A DNA stretch of 64,000 nt, from NCBI GenBank assembly GCA_963667015.2, contig CAXXJJ010000001.1, positions 1,344,001 through 1,408,000 of the forward strand, given 5' to 3'. The DNA comes from Desulfatiglandales bacterium. Its GTDB lineage: Bacteria; Desulfobacterota; DSM-4660; Desulfatiglandales; HGW-15. Below the pieces are notes generated by a model. That model saw nothing but the letters and a program-made list of their open reading frames with translations, did not search any database and had not been told where the DNA came from. This document shows, piece after piece, positions 19,943-29,736 of the stretch (positions are counted from its first letter, which is position 1; every line of letters starts with the position of its first letter). A program made the translations under genes and the position numbers.

Positions 19943-19980
19943 GATAGCGTAGAGAGATGTTTTTCTTCCCTACGCTATCA
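19943..19980. other. Stem-loop between precursor and candidate immunity gene
   Basis: GATAGCGTAG ... CTACGCTATC; no downstream U-tract on the minus strand. Confidence 0.55.
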
Positions 19981-19994
19981 CATTCAGGTTAATA

Positions 19995-20234
19995 TTAACA
20001 CATCCACCAATTATATTCCCAAGACGTTAGAAAGCCCGTAAGGGCACCTCCGATTGCTCCTAAGCCACCGGCTACAATGGCACCCATGACACAACCAATT
20101 AGAGCATCAGTCATAGCGTCATCCCAATCGCCCTTAATATCGACTCCCACCGTAAATACGCCTTCAATTCCAAAAGTAATCGTCGCATCTGCACCAGCAA
20201 CGGCTCCCATTTCTTCCATAGTTAGTTCACGCAT
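19995..20234 (-). CDS. Double-glycine-leader bacteriocin/microcin-like precursor peptide
   Basis: Leader MRELTMEEMGAVAGA resembles colicin V-type MRxLTxxELxxVxGG/GA; 64-aa Gly-rich core; strong RBS AAGGAG; cognate PCAT nearby. Confidence 0.85.
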   Translation of the reverse strand: MRELTMEEMGAVAGADATITFGIEGVFTVGVDIKGDWDDAMTDALIGCVMGAIVAGGLGAIGGALTGFLTSWEYNWWMC

Positions 20235-20747
20235 TTAAATAGTCTCCTTATAAAAAATGAAAGGTGTTTCGCACTATCGCGAAGAAAGATCACATATCGA
20301 TTATTTAAAAATAGGATCGAATGTAATCCGCCAAAAACTCTTTTATTTTTCTACACAATCATAATATCACCCCCCTTCTGAAGCTATGAAATCAATACCC
20401 TTTAAGGCATTATTAATACACCTATCCTGCTTCATTCAGAACCTGAAAAGGGCGATACTAATCCTTTAGTTCTTTGACTTGAATTTATGGAGACATTTTA
20501 CTAACTAAAGTCCCTCCAGGTTGAATGATTAAGGTAAATAATGTTGGCATGTCAGAAAATTGAAATGAAGTATTCTGTTTTAGGTGAAAGGATATTGAAG
20601 AAAAATACATTAACCCTTTATAGGGCTAATTGTGTGTAATTGATATATGGCAAATGAATACTGTATATTAAATACTATATGACACTGTTTTAATCGGAAA
20701 AGTATTATTTAAATATATGATATTGAACTTATGGTTTTGCATTGACT

Positions 20748-21134
20748 CTAAAGAAAGTTTGTTTCCAGAGGCATTACACCCCAGATTTTCCAGATATTTT
20801 CATCTTGTTTCATAACAACAATTGTACCGGTCATATTATTTCTAAAATCCGGTCCTTCTAGTTTAGTGGTTTTTTGGTTAATTCTGATATAAATATAATC
20901 ATTATCAGTTCCGATATATTTTAAGTCCATAAACTCATAAATTAACTTGAATTTATTCATCAACGGGCCAAGCATTTGCCTGGTTGGCATTTGAGCTGGT
21001 GAACTACTGTGTATCATGCTCAATACACCTTCCAGGTCTTTATCATTCATGGCTCTATAGTATTTTTTAAAAGTGCTTAACAGCATTTCTAAAAAATCAT
21101 TTTCATTATTTTGCTTCACTGCATGATCAGCCAT
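20748..21134 (-). CDS. NTF2/SnoaL-like protein
   Basis: 'YYRAMNDKDLEGVLSMIH' N-terminal helices and 'MKQDENIWKIW' C-terminal strand. Confidence 0.6.
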   Translation of the reverse strand: MADHAVKQNNENDFLEMLLSTFKKYYRAMNDKDLEGVLSMIHSSSPAQMPTRQMLGPLMNKFKLIYEFMDLKYIGTDNDYIYIRINQKTTKLEGPDFRNNMTGTIVVMKQDENIWKIWGVMPLETNFL

Positions 21135-22539
21135 TATATCCTCCCATATGGTTCATTTAATTGTGATTGTTTCCGAAATGCCAACAGCCCCAGCATTAAT
21201 TCATCAAAACCAGATTCAGGCTCGTGAAAGAAACCAAGAGAATAATGCTGTGTATCTGATTGCACACGAAGAATGCCTTTACCATCCTTTTGCATCACGA
21301 TGTTCATATGTGGTGAGTTTTTATTTTGCAGCGCACAGATAAGATGATCCTTTTCACATGTGACTACGATTTTATAGTCGTGCCATCCAATATAGGTTCC
21401 AAGCAAATCATTTAATGAAGATTCAAAGGGCTCTTCGGGAAAAGGTAGTATTGGTTGACCTCGCAATGTCCCAAAGATATGATTTATGATCGAGTCACGT
21501 ATAAATGGCTGCCAGACATTAATGCCGATCACCAAAGCTATGTTGGTGCGGGGATCAAAACGCAAGCCGCAGGCCTGTCCGAGTGCCGAACCATTGTGCC
21601 CAAAAGCCACCCGCGATAAAACGCACAACCAACACCAAATGCTACTGGGAGTTGTTCATGCTTTAAGCTCCCATATGTTTGTGGTATTTTTATTACCTGC
21701 TTTTTGACAAACTCTATAGCTTTTCCTGATATGCCTGACGATGGTTTAGTGATCCCACAGATAGTTGAAGATAAGGTCAATAGATCATCTGTATTCATAG
21801 TAAGGCTGTTAAGTGAAGCGTTCCAAAAACTGGAAAATGGAATTGGTCTTAAAGGTTCAAACTTCATGGCTCCAGGTTCAAATTTATGATCAACTGCATA
21901 GGGCTCATTACCCCGCTGGTCTATTCTTATAGAACCAGTTGTGAGTTTTAAAGGCCTTATGATCATTTCATTATATAGATCAATGATATCACTCCCAGTA
22001 ATTCTTTTAATTATTTCCCCAAGGATGGTATATTCAGAATGTTCGTAGCTAAATACAGTTCCTAGCTTAAAGTGTTGTTGCGCTGTTTAAAAATACTCTA
22101 AAAACTTCTCCCAAGTATAAAAATATGAAACACCGGGATCCATAATGTTTAATCCCCTGTATCCGCTTGTATGTGAAAGTAGGTGCCATATTTGGATATT
22201 TTTGCCTCTTTCTGTTCCACGCAATTCGTTAAGGTATTTTTCTATTGGATCATCAGGGTCAAGTTTACCTGAGGTGATCAATTCAGCAGTAACTATTGCG
22301 GTCATCAATTTAGAGATACAACCCAATTGAAAATGTGTATTTTCACTTATGAGTTCTTGGCTTTCGATTGAAAGTGTACCAACGTTGACAGAAATATTAT
22401 GTGTTCCTATATTCAAAGCAAGAGAGATACCTGGAATACCAGTTTGTTCTTTTATTGTTACCAGAAATTTCTGTAGTTGATCCTGCAATGTATTTATAAT
22501 TGATTATGGATTTGGTGCTTGCTGAGCAGTTGATTCCAT
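21134..22539 (-). pseudogene. Pseudogenised paralog of the 15812-17188 CxxK hydrolase
   Basis: Colinear with the paralog; ATG 22539 after GGAG; in-frame TAA at 22504-22506 and 22087-22089; one G lost at about 21600 (GGG versus GGGG). Confidence 0.88.
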
Positions 22540-22607
22540 ATCTATTCTCCTGGTGCCTTTGAGATTAGTAGTTTATTGATGCATTCATGAGTAGTTTGTT
22601 AAAAACT

Positions 22608-22899
22608 GATACTGGATTCTAGATTCTTGATGCTGGATGTGAATATAAGAAACTAATAAAGATGAACCGCGAAGACGCTAAGAGCGCAAAGGTTTTATCT
22701 TTTTACTGATCCTTTAAGAAAGATAAGGATCAGTAAAGGAATTATTCCTTTGATCATTTATATCTTATTTAACCCTGCTGCTGGTAGGATGAGCTTTCTT
22801 TGGTTTTTTACCTTTGGGAAATTATGATAAAAATAATCTCTTCGGTACCTTCTTGACGCGGCATAATCTTTAGCGAAGACGGTTGCGCCTTATCGGTTT
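22608..22899. repeat. Composite repeat: heptamer tract, 9-nt periodic arm, inner hairpin, degenerate right arm
   Basis: GATACTGGATTCTAGATTCTTGATGCTGGAT; AACCGCGAAGACGCTAAGAGCGCAAAG; TTTACTGATCCTT..AAGGATCAGTAAA. Confidence 0.6.
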
Positions 22900-22920
22900 A
22901 TTTTTTATCCTTTAAAGCAA

Positions 22921-23262
22921 TCAAATTACACCACTTTCGACTTCCTGAGTGTCAAAATCTTCGCCATCGAATGAGCTTTCTGATTCAATTGCAGCCAATT
23001 GTTCATTTACCTTCTCACAAAATTCCCGCAGAGAAGGAGATTGGCTTATGGTATATGGCGGCATATCAACATTTAGTTTATCTTTCACCTGAAACATTAC
23101 CATCATTGTCATTAAGGAATCTCCACCCAGCTCAAAAAAATTATTTTCAGGCTTAATTGTTTCCTGCTGAAGTACTTCTGACCATATCTGGCTGACAATG
23201 TTTTCGGTTTCACTTAGTTGTGGGGTTATTTTTGTGCTGACCTGCATTTCCTGGTTTTGCAT
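22921..23262 (-). CDS. Free-standing carrier protein (ACP/PCP) with acidic C-terminal tail
   Basis: 'IWSEVL...NNFFELGGDSL'; tail QEVESGVI; RBS AAAGGAG before ATG 23262. Confidence 0.9.
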   Translation of the reverse strand: MQNQEMQVSTKITPQLSETENIVSQIWSEVLQQETIKPENNFFELGGDSLMTMMVMFQVKDKLNVDMPPYTISQSPSLREFCEKVNEQLAAIESESSFDGEDFDTQEVESGVI

Positions 23263-23289
23263 AAAAACTCCTTTCTCTATATTATTATG

Positions 23290-23552
23290 AACCGCTAAGT
23301 TCGCGAAGACCGCGAAGTAAAGATATTTCATTTGTCGGGTAGTCCGCCAAAAGCGATACGGACATACGACAAATGAAATGATTCACTTTTATTAAGATAG
23401 ATTTCGATATGCTGAGGCAGTAATCATGGAATAAGGTGTAAAGCACACATCGAATAATAAAGAAAAATACAACCTTTGGCCGTATCGTAAAGCGGCGGGT
23501 TATTGCCGATTACTCGATAGGGACAAAACTTGGCGTCCTTTGCGACTTGAGC
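23290..23552. repeat. 9-nt periodic inverted arms with inner hairpin
   Basis: ACCGCTAAGTTCGCGAAGACCGCGAAG ... CTTGGCGTCCTTTGCGACTTGAGCG; inner TTTCATTTGTCG..CGACAAATGAAA. Confidence 0.6.
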
Positions 23553-23573
23553 GAAGTGGGCGAATTGTATTTA

Positions 23574-23957
23574 CTATTTATTTATTGTCTTGATTGGGAA
23601 ATTGCACATAGCCGAATCGATGCTTGCCAAAGGAATTTTTTCCAGCTTGGCCTGCGCGGCAAGCATACGATCAAAGGGATCACGATGAGGTACATTCCAT
23701 CTTCCGGCAAGTTGGGCATGCTCCAGAGTTACATCCAATCCCTGAAACCCTGCCTGCAAAACCCATTTAGAGGCATCTTTTGCTACTTCTGAGGCTTCAG
23801 GAAGCTTCCCCAGACGATATTTTGTAGATATCTCCCATACAGAAGCTGCACTGACATATATTACATTATCAATATCCTGAATATGTTCTCTGATATTAAC
23901 TGGCAATCGGGAATCATCAAAAAGCCACCATAAAAAAATATGGGTATCCAGAAGCAT
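23574..23957 (-). CDS. VapC-family PIN toxin
   Basis: 'LLDTHIFLWW', 'SAASVWEI', 'HRDPFDRML'. Confidence 0.92.
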   Translation of the reverse strand: MLLDTHIFLWWLFDDSRLPVNIREHIQDIDNVIYVSAASVWEISTKYRLGKLPEASEVAKDASKWVLQAGFQGLDVTLEHAQLAGRWNVPHRDPFDRMLAAQAKLEKIPLASIDSAMCNFPIKTINK

Positions 23958-23968
23958 TTTGTCTTATC

Positions 23969-24190
23969 CTATTCCCACCTGGCCAGTTCTTCATCAGAAA
24001 GTGGTTCAAAAAAAGCATCTGTTACTTTTCCTTTGGCAATACCGGGAATTCTTTTATTTTCTTTTCTAAATGGAACCAGGCGAGCACAGGGCTCACCTGA
24101 TCGTGCTATAATTATTTCTTCTCCGGAATTTACGCGAGCCAGTAATTTTGAAAAATTTGTCTTTGCTTCATGAATATTAACAATTTCCAT
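23969..24190 (-). CDS. Phd/YefM-family antitoxin
   Basis: 'VNIHEAKTNFSKLLARVNSGEEIIIARSG'; GGAGG RBS. Confidence 0.92.
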   Translation of the reverse strand: MEIVNIHEAKTNFSKLLARVNSGEEIIIARSGEPCARLVPFRKENKRIPGIAKGKVTDAFFEPLSDEELARWE

Positions 24191-24296
24191 TTTTGCCTCC
24201 AATAAAACTTAGTCTAGGCGCTTAGTCTACACAAAATAAAAGGCAAAATCAATTAGTATGTACTTTGAGTTAATGATATCGATCATTTAATCATGT

Positions 24297-26069
24297 TTAC
24301 ATCAGAGTTGATAAATTTTCCTCATCAAAAAGCTTAAAATATGCAGCGGAAGTAATTCGCTTCTTTAATTCATTCCGACTGACTTTTCCTGATGCTGTTC
24401 TGGGCAGAGAATCAACTATGATAAATTTTATTTTCTCCAAATAGTTATAAGTTATATGGTACAGCTCCTGCTTTAGACTTTGCTCATCAATATTCTCAGT
24501 CTTCTTTGGTAATACTGCTAATACGATATTTTCACATTTATCCGAACTGGGAAACGCCAATGCAACCACTTCATCTACCTGTGGATTGTTATATGCTGCC
24601 AATTCCAATTCCCTGGCTGAAACAGTGTGAATGCCACAATTGATAATATCCTTTATTCGCTCTTTTACATACAGGGTTCTTTCAGAGTTCAGATATCCCA
24701 AATCACCTGTTCTCAACCATCCACGATCGAGCGAATTGCCTGTTTCATTAGTGTCAGAACAGTACCCCATCATGACCATGGCTCCACGTATACATATTTC
24801 GCCAGTTTCTTCGGGTAAAAGGGTCTGGCCGGTATCATTAATAATTTTTATATCAACGCTTGGGAGAACAGTTCCTGCGGAATCAGGATTTTTCAGTAAT
24901 TCATACCCTGAGACATTACTAATTGACCCACAGGTTTCTGTCATGCCGTAACTTGTCCCAATACTTATTGAAGGAAAACTATTACCAATCTCTTTTAAAA
25001 AATTCTGGTTTAATGCAGTTCCATGTATGTTAAGATTTGTTAAAGTTTTTAACCTGCATATGGCATTGTCTGATCTCAATAATTCTCTTATCATATCTAC
25101 TGAAGCGCCATTTATTGACCTTACTTTCTCTTTCTCGATAAGTGTGGCTGCTTTATTTGATTCCCACTCATTCATTAAGACGATTTTACCACCAAGGTAA
25201 CACATCAGCAGTATCTGGGAGTACCCGCCAATATGGGATAAAGGGGATAACAGCAATGAACACGGCTGGTTATTTGATCCATTAGAATGCCGGTCTGTTT
25301 TTGGTGTGCGATAGTTCATCATAAAACCGCCAAGCATCATGTTCATTATTCCTGTTGTCATATTACGATGACTGAGTACGACCCTTTTGGGAGTGCCTGT
25401 AGTCCCTGAAGTAAAAGAAATGAGGGCTTCATCGTCCGGATCTGATTTTGAGAATTTGAAGATTTGTGAAGCATCTTCATTGGATGCAACATCTGGCAAA
25501 ACAAAGCAGGATATGTTTTTATCTCCACTTGCCACATTCTGAGGATATTCACTTTTATTTGAAATCAGGATAATAGAATAATCTGAGTCAACAGTATTCA
25601 ATTTTTTAATATTATCTTGATCAGTTATTATAAGTCTACAGCTTGTTAATTCGATCGCATTAGTGACAGTAGCTTTTTCTGTATCTGCATGCATGATAAC
25701 TGATACAGCCCCTGCCATTTGAATTGCTATAAAAGCAATGACCCATTCATAGCTATTTTGCATTAAAAGAGTAATTCGATCGCCTTTTTGGATTCTGTAT
25801 TGCTGCTGTATACTGCTAGCGAAATATTTTGCATGTTCAATGACCTGAGAAAATGTAAACCGTGAATCACCATGTACAATAAATTCGTTTTGCCTAAAGG
25901 ATGCAGCTTTTATGAAAACCTCCTGCAAGGTTTTAGGGCCATGCGGAAATATTTTGCATGGTATACCCTTGATAACCGTATCTTGAAGTTCGAAAGGGGA
26001 GCCCTTTTGTGTAAGACGATTAATAATATTATTCATTTTATTCTCACTAATCAAACAACTTACCTTCAT
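24297..26069 (-). CDS. Class I adenylate-forming enzyme (acyl-CoA/acyl-AMP ligase type; start may be 26036)
   Basis: 'FTSGTTGTPK', 'YGMTETCG', 'WLRTGDLG', 'LPRTASGK'. Confidence 0.88.
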   Translation of the reverse strand: MKVSCLISENKMNNIINRLTQKGSPFELQDTVIKGIPCKIFPHGPKTLQEVFIKAASFRQNEFIVHGDSRFTFSQVIEHAKYFASSIQQQYRIQKGDRITLLMQNSYEWVIAFIAIQMAGAVSVIMHADTEKATVTNAIELTSCRLIITDQDNIKKLNTVDSDYSIILISNKSEYPQNVASGDKNISCFVLPDVASNEDASQIFKFSKSDPDDEALISFTSGTTGTPKRVVLSHRNMTTGIMNMMLGGFMMNYRTPKTDRHSNGSNNQPCSLLLSPLSHIGGYSQILLMCYLGGKIVLMNEWESNKAATLIEKEKVRSINGASVDMIRELLRSDNAICRLKTLTNLNIHGTALNQNFLKEIGNSFPSISIGTSYGMTETCGSISNVSGYELLKNPDSAGTVLPSVDIKIINDTGQTLLPEETGEICIRGAMVMMGYCSDTNETGNSLDRGWLRTGDLGYLNSERTLYVKERIKDIINCGIHTVSARELELAAYNNPQVDEVVALAFPSSDKCENIVLAVLPKKTENIDEQSLKQELYHITYNYLEKIKFIIVDSLPRTASGKVSRNELKKRITSAAYFKLFDEENLSTLM

Positions 26070-28188
26070 AAAAATCCAGTTGCTCTGCGATAACCGGTAT
26101 CAAACCATGTGGTGTCATCTGGAATATTCGATCTGCAAGTTTAATAGTTTCCGGTCGATGAGCTACTATTATGCGGCTCATCTTCAATTCTTTAATGGCA
26201 GTATTAACGAGTTTTTCGTTATCAACATCAAGGTGGCTGGTGGCTTCATCAAGAAACATCAGTAAAGGATTCTTATATATTGCCCTGGCAAGTAATATCC
26301 TCTGAATCTGCCCACCCGACAGGGCCACCCCCAGATTTCCTACCAGGGTGTTATACTGCATAGGCATGGCCATGATATTTTTATGGATCGCGGCAAGATC
26401 AGCGGCATGCTCTATAGCCTCCTTGTCAGGGGTTAAATCAAAAAAACAGATATTATCAGAAATAGAGCCTGTTAACAGGCGGTCATCCTGCATTACTACG
26501 CTGACTTTGTTCCTGTAGTTCTGAAATCCTATCTTTTTAATATCCATATCATACATCGTTATTTCGCCATGAGAGGGCTGATAAAGACTTGACAGGAGTT
26601 TTATCAACGTGGATTTTCCACATCCTGACGGGCCGATAATCGCAACTGTCTCTTCGTTTTCAAGCGAAAAATTTATATTGCTGAATATGAACGGGTGATC
26701 TTCCGAATACCTGAATGCCAGATCCCTGACTTCGAGAATCGGTTTGGATGATATATTGATGGATGGTATCCCCGATCCTTCCATTTTCTGTTCCGGCTCT
26801 GTATAAACAATATCAGCGAGCCTTGTTAAGTGGACATCCAGTAACCGGTATTGAATAGCCATATCTAAAAGGCTGAGCGCTCTTCCCATAAATGATCCGC
26901 CCCAGGAGGTAAAGGCCATCAGCATACCGATTGACATTTCATTGCCAAGAACCGCCTTTGCACCGATATAGAGTATAAGTACTGATCTCAGACTGGATGC
27001 AAATCCGTTCACAACCCCTATCCATATGCCGAATTTCTGGACCCTGAGGCCTGTATTTATGACATCCACAAAATAATTCTGCCACAGGGAGAGCCTGTCT
27101 GTCTCCTTGCCAAAGAGTTTGATGCCCTGCATGGCTGTGATATTTTCCATGAAATTTGTGTTTTCTTTTGCTGCAGCCACAATCTGTTCTTCGGTCCTGT
27201 TTCTGATCCATCTGTATGTTGAAAGGCGGATTATCGCATAAAAAACAACCGCTCCAAAAACAATAAAAGAAAGTATTCTGCTGTAAATAAGCATCATTAT
27301 AAGGGTTATTATGACCATAAGTCCGTCGAGGATGACCGAAATGATACTGGATGTTAAAAAATTCTGGATATTTTTCTGTGAACCGAATCTTGAAACAATA
27401 TCGCCTATGTGACGTTTTGCAAAATACTCAAGCGGCAGTTTTAATAGATGCCTGGAAATATTGATGGCAAACTGGAAACCAAGTTTGGTTGTAAAATGCA
27501 TGACAACATAAGAACGAAGAATGCTTGTGGCGGTCTGGATAATTACAAGTAAAAAATAACCGATTATCAGTATCTTTAATAATTCAATGTCCCGCGCCAC
27601 AAGAACATCATCAATGACAAGCTGGGTAAAAAAAGGGGACACAACTGCAAACAATTCCAACAGCAGAGACAGTATAAGTACCTGAATTATACCCCTTTTG
27701 AGCCCTGACGCCCTTGTCCACAACTGTGAGATCTTAAGTTTTTTTACCTCGTTCTCTTCCTTGAAATCCTTTGTGGGAGTCAGCTCAAGTGCAACACCCG
27801 TAAAATGTTTGCCTAATTCCTTAAATGTAATCTCTTTAATTCCAACAGCAGGGTCATGAATAACTATTTTATTTTTTGAAACCTTTTTAAGTACTACAAA
27901 ATGATTCATGTCCCAGTGCAGGATTGCAGGCATTTTGAGTTTGCTTATTTCATCAATCTCAACCCTTACAGCCCTGGATGACATATTCATCTTTTCTGCA
28001 ATTTTGATGACATCTTTGAGCGTCACACCATGCTGTGAAACAGAATACTTATTCCTCAGAGTGATAATATCGATCTTATGCCCAAAATACCCTGACATCA
28101 TGGCAAGACACGCCAGGGCGCACTCGGAATGTTCCGTTTGAAGTATGGTCGGTAAATGGCGTCCGGATTTAAAGATAATTCCATCCAT
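26047..28188 (-). CDS. Peptidase C39-containing ABC transporter (PCAT; CvaB/RaxB-like)
   Basis: 'QTEHSECALAC', 'HWDMNHFVV', 'IHDPA'; TM domain; 'GPSGCGKS', 'LSGGQ', 'LDEATSHLD'. Confidence 0.95.
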   Translation of the reverse strand: MDGIIFKSGRHLPTILQTEHSECALACLAMMSGYFGHKIDIITLRNKYSVSQHGVTLKDVIKIAEKMNMSSRAVRVEIDEISKLKMPAILHWDMNHFVVLKKVSKNKIVIHDPAVGIKEITFKELGKHFTGVALELTPTKDFKEENEVKKLKISQLWTRASGLKRGIIQVLILSLLLELFAVVSPFFTQLVIDDVLVARDIELLKILIIGYFLLVIIQTATSILRSYVVMHFTTKLGFQFAINISRHLLKLPLEYFAKRHIGDIVSRFGSQKNIQNFLTSSIISVILDGLMVIITLIMMLIYSRILSFIVFGAVVFYAIIRLSTYRWIRNRTEEQIVAAAKENTNFMENITAMQGIKLFGKETDRLSLWQNYFVDVINTGLRVQKFGIWIGVVNGFASSLRSVLILYIGAKAVLGNEMSIGMLMAFTSWGGSFMGRALSLLDMAIQYRLLDVHLTRLADIVYTEPEQKMEGSGIPSINISSKPILEVRDLAFRYSEDHPFIFSNINFSLENEETVAIIGPSGCGKSTLIKLLSSLYQPSHGEITMYDMDIKKIGFQNYRNKVSVVMQDDRLLTGSISDNICFFDLTPDKEAIEHAADLAAIHKNIMAMPMQYNTLVGNLGVALSGGQIQRILLARAIYKNPLLMFLDEATSHLDVDNEKLVNTAIKELKMSRIIVAHRPETIKLADRIFQMTPHGLIPVIAEQLDFYEGKLFD

Positions 28189-29436
28189 CTAGATTTTTCC
28201 TCTCAGGCTGTAGAGCGGCTCAAGGAGCCATTCAAACAGGGTGCGCTTATCAAGAACAACATCAGCGGAAAGCATCATCCCGGGTTTTAAAGGCAGCTCT
28301 TTTCCATAGGCTAAAATATTCTGTTTTTCCAGTTCCGCTACGACTTTATAAACCGGTTCCTGAAATGATAATCCCGAAGTGGGTTCCCCGGGCATAATAA
28401 CGCTTTTGGCAATCTGGTGTATTTTCCCTGTATAGGTGCCGAATTTTTGGTAAGGGAATGCTTCATAGCTTATATTTACCTCCTGGCCCATATCCATGAA
28501 ACCTATCGAACGAGTCGGGAGATACAGATTGGCCTGAAGCTGCGACCCTTCAGGTATTATGGAAAACATGGGTGCAGATGGATTCATCCTTTGTCCCACA
28601 TTTGCCACAACCGATGTAATTCTGCCGGAAACAGGCGCTGTAAAAATAATTTCTCTTTGGCCTTCTACCTGCGCCCTCTGTTTTGTGATTTCAGATACCT
28701 GGCTTTCTATACTTACGATCTCACGCTCGCTGTTGATTTTTAATGCCTTTATATGAAGGGGTATATTCTCAAGGCTTGAGGCGGCCTCTTCCAATCTCAT
28801 CGAAAGCGACTGATATTGCTGTTTTTGTTCAAGATATTTTCTGTAGAAAGTTTCAACATCCATGCTGGAAATAAACTCTTCCGAAAGCATTGTTTTTGCC
28901 TTTTCATAATTACGCTTTTCCATTCTCAGGGTCTCAGACTGGATATCTATTAATTCTTTCAGCCGTCCAATCTCGGTTTTTAATCGTCTGGCCTCGGCTT
29001 CCTGCGCCTGTATCTCTGTAACGACTCTTTCATTCTCGAATCTGAGTCTTTTTTTCAGGTTCGCCTCCTGGATCTTCAGCTCATCAATAATTTTTACCCC
29101 GGTATATTCACCGCCATTTGCCCGTTGATCGATCATTACGCTGAATAATTCATCATTCTGCTTCACAAACATCCCTTCTGTAACCTTGAGCTCAGACAGT
29201 ATCCCCGCCTGAGGCGGAAAGACCGACACCATGCCCTGCTGTGGAACGATAATTCCTGCGACCTTTTCTTTCCGGGCATAGCTGTGTGTTACTAAAAAGA
29301 AAATTACTATTATTGTAATTCCAACCAGAAAGGTTGCCAGCACATAGTAGGAGATTGGTTGTGTCAGGATGATATCACCGTATAATTTTTCCCGCTGGTG
29401 ATCTACTGCCTGTTTTCTGAATAATGGTAGTGTCAT
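28189..29436 (-). CDS. HlyD-family membrane fusion protein (CvaA/RaxA-like)
   Basis: 'LFRKQAV', single TM, coiled coil, 'APVSGRI', 'AFPYQKFG', 'LKPGM', 'WLLEPL'. Confidence 0.93.
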   Translation of the reverse strand: MTLPLFRKQAVDHQREKLYGDIILTQPISYYVLATFLVGITIIVIFFLVTHSYARKEKVAGIIVPQQGMVSVFPPQAGILSELKVTEGMFVKQNDELFSVMIDQRANGGEYTGVKIIDELKIQEANLKKRLRFENERVVTEIQAQEAEARRLKTEIGRLKELIDIQSETLRMEKRNYEKAKTMLSEEFISSMDVETFYRKYLEQKQQYQSLSMRLEEAASSLENIPLHIKALKINSEREIVSIESQVSEITKQRAQVEGQREIIFTAPVSGRITSVVANVGQRMNPSAPMFSIIPEGSQLQANLYLPTRSIGFMDMGQEVNISYEAFPYQKFGTYTGKIHQIAKSVIMPGEPTSGLSFQEPVYKVVAELEKQNILAYGKELPLKPGMMLSADVVLDKRTLFEWLLEPLYSLRGKI

Positions 29437-29459
29437 TGGTTAATCCTTTTTAAAAAAAT

Positions 29460-29735
29460 CTTGATACTTGATACTGGATCCTGGTTACTGGTGTATTTGA
29501 TTTTAACCACGGAGTTCACGGAGAACGTCAAAAGCCTAAAACATATCTCTCGCTGAGCTCACAAAGAACACAGAGAAAGACAAAGGCTTTTTACAATTTA
29601 TTTTATTTCTATTTAGCCAACAAGAGCGCGGAGTGCAAAACTTATAATAATTAAATCTCGGTGCCTTCTATATCCCTGGCTAGATTAGATAAGCAGAAAG
29701 TTTTACTGGTAACCAGTATCTGGTATCCTGCATCA
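29460..29735. repeat. Heptamer-periodic inverted arms (29460-29492 and 29705-29735) enclosing one arm (29501-29604) of a ~100-bp inverted repeat
   Basis: TTGATACTTGATACTGGATCCTGGTTAC versus GTAACCAGTATCTGGTATCCTGCATCA; 29501-29604 is complementary to 31620-31735. Confidence 0.8.
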
Positions 29736-29736
29736 C

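Noticed and set aside
19943..19980. Rho-independent terminator after the precursor gene
   Set aside because: On the coding (minus) strand the stem is followed by an A-run, not a U-tract.
23263..23331. N-terminal extension of the carrier protein in the ORF track
   Set aside because: It reads through repeat DNA; a strong RBS points to ATG 23262.
24297..26069. Amino-acid adenylation domain of an NRPS
   Set aside because: Motifs (YGMTE, WLRTGDLG, acyl-CoA-ligase-like N-terminus) fit acyl-CoA/AMP ligases; NRPS A-domain cores such as YGPTE and FDxS are missing.
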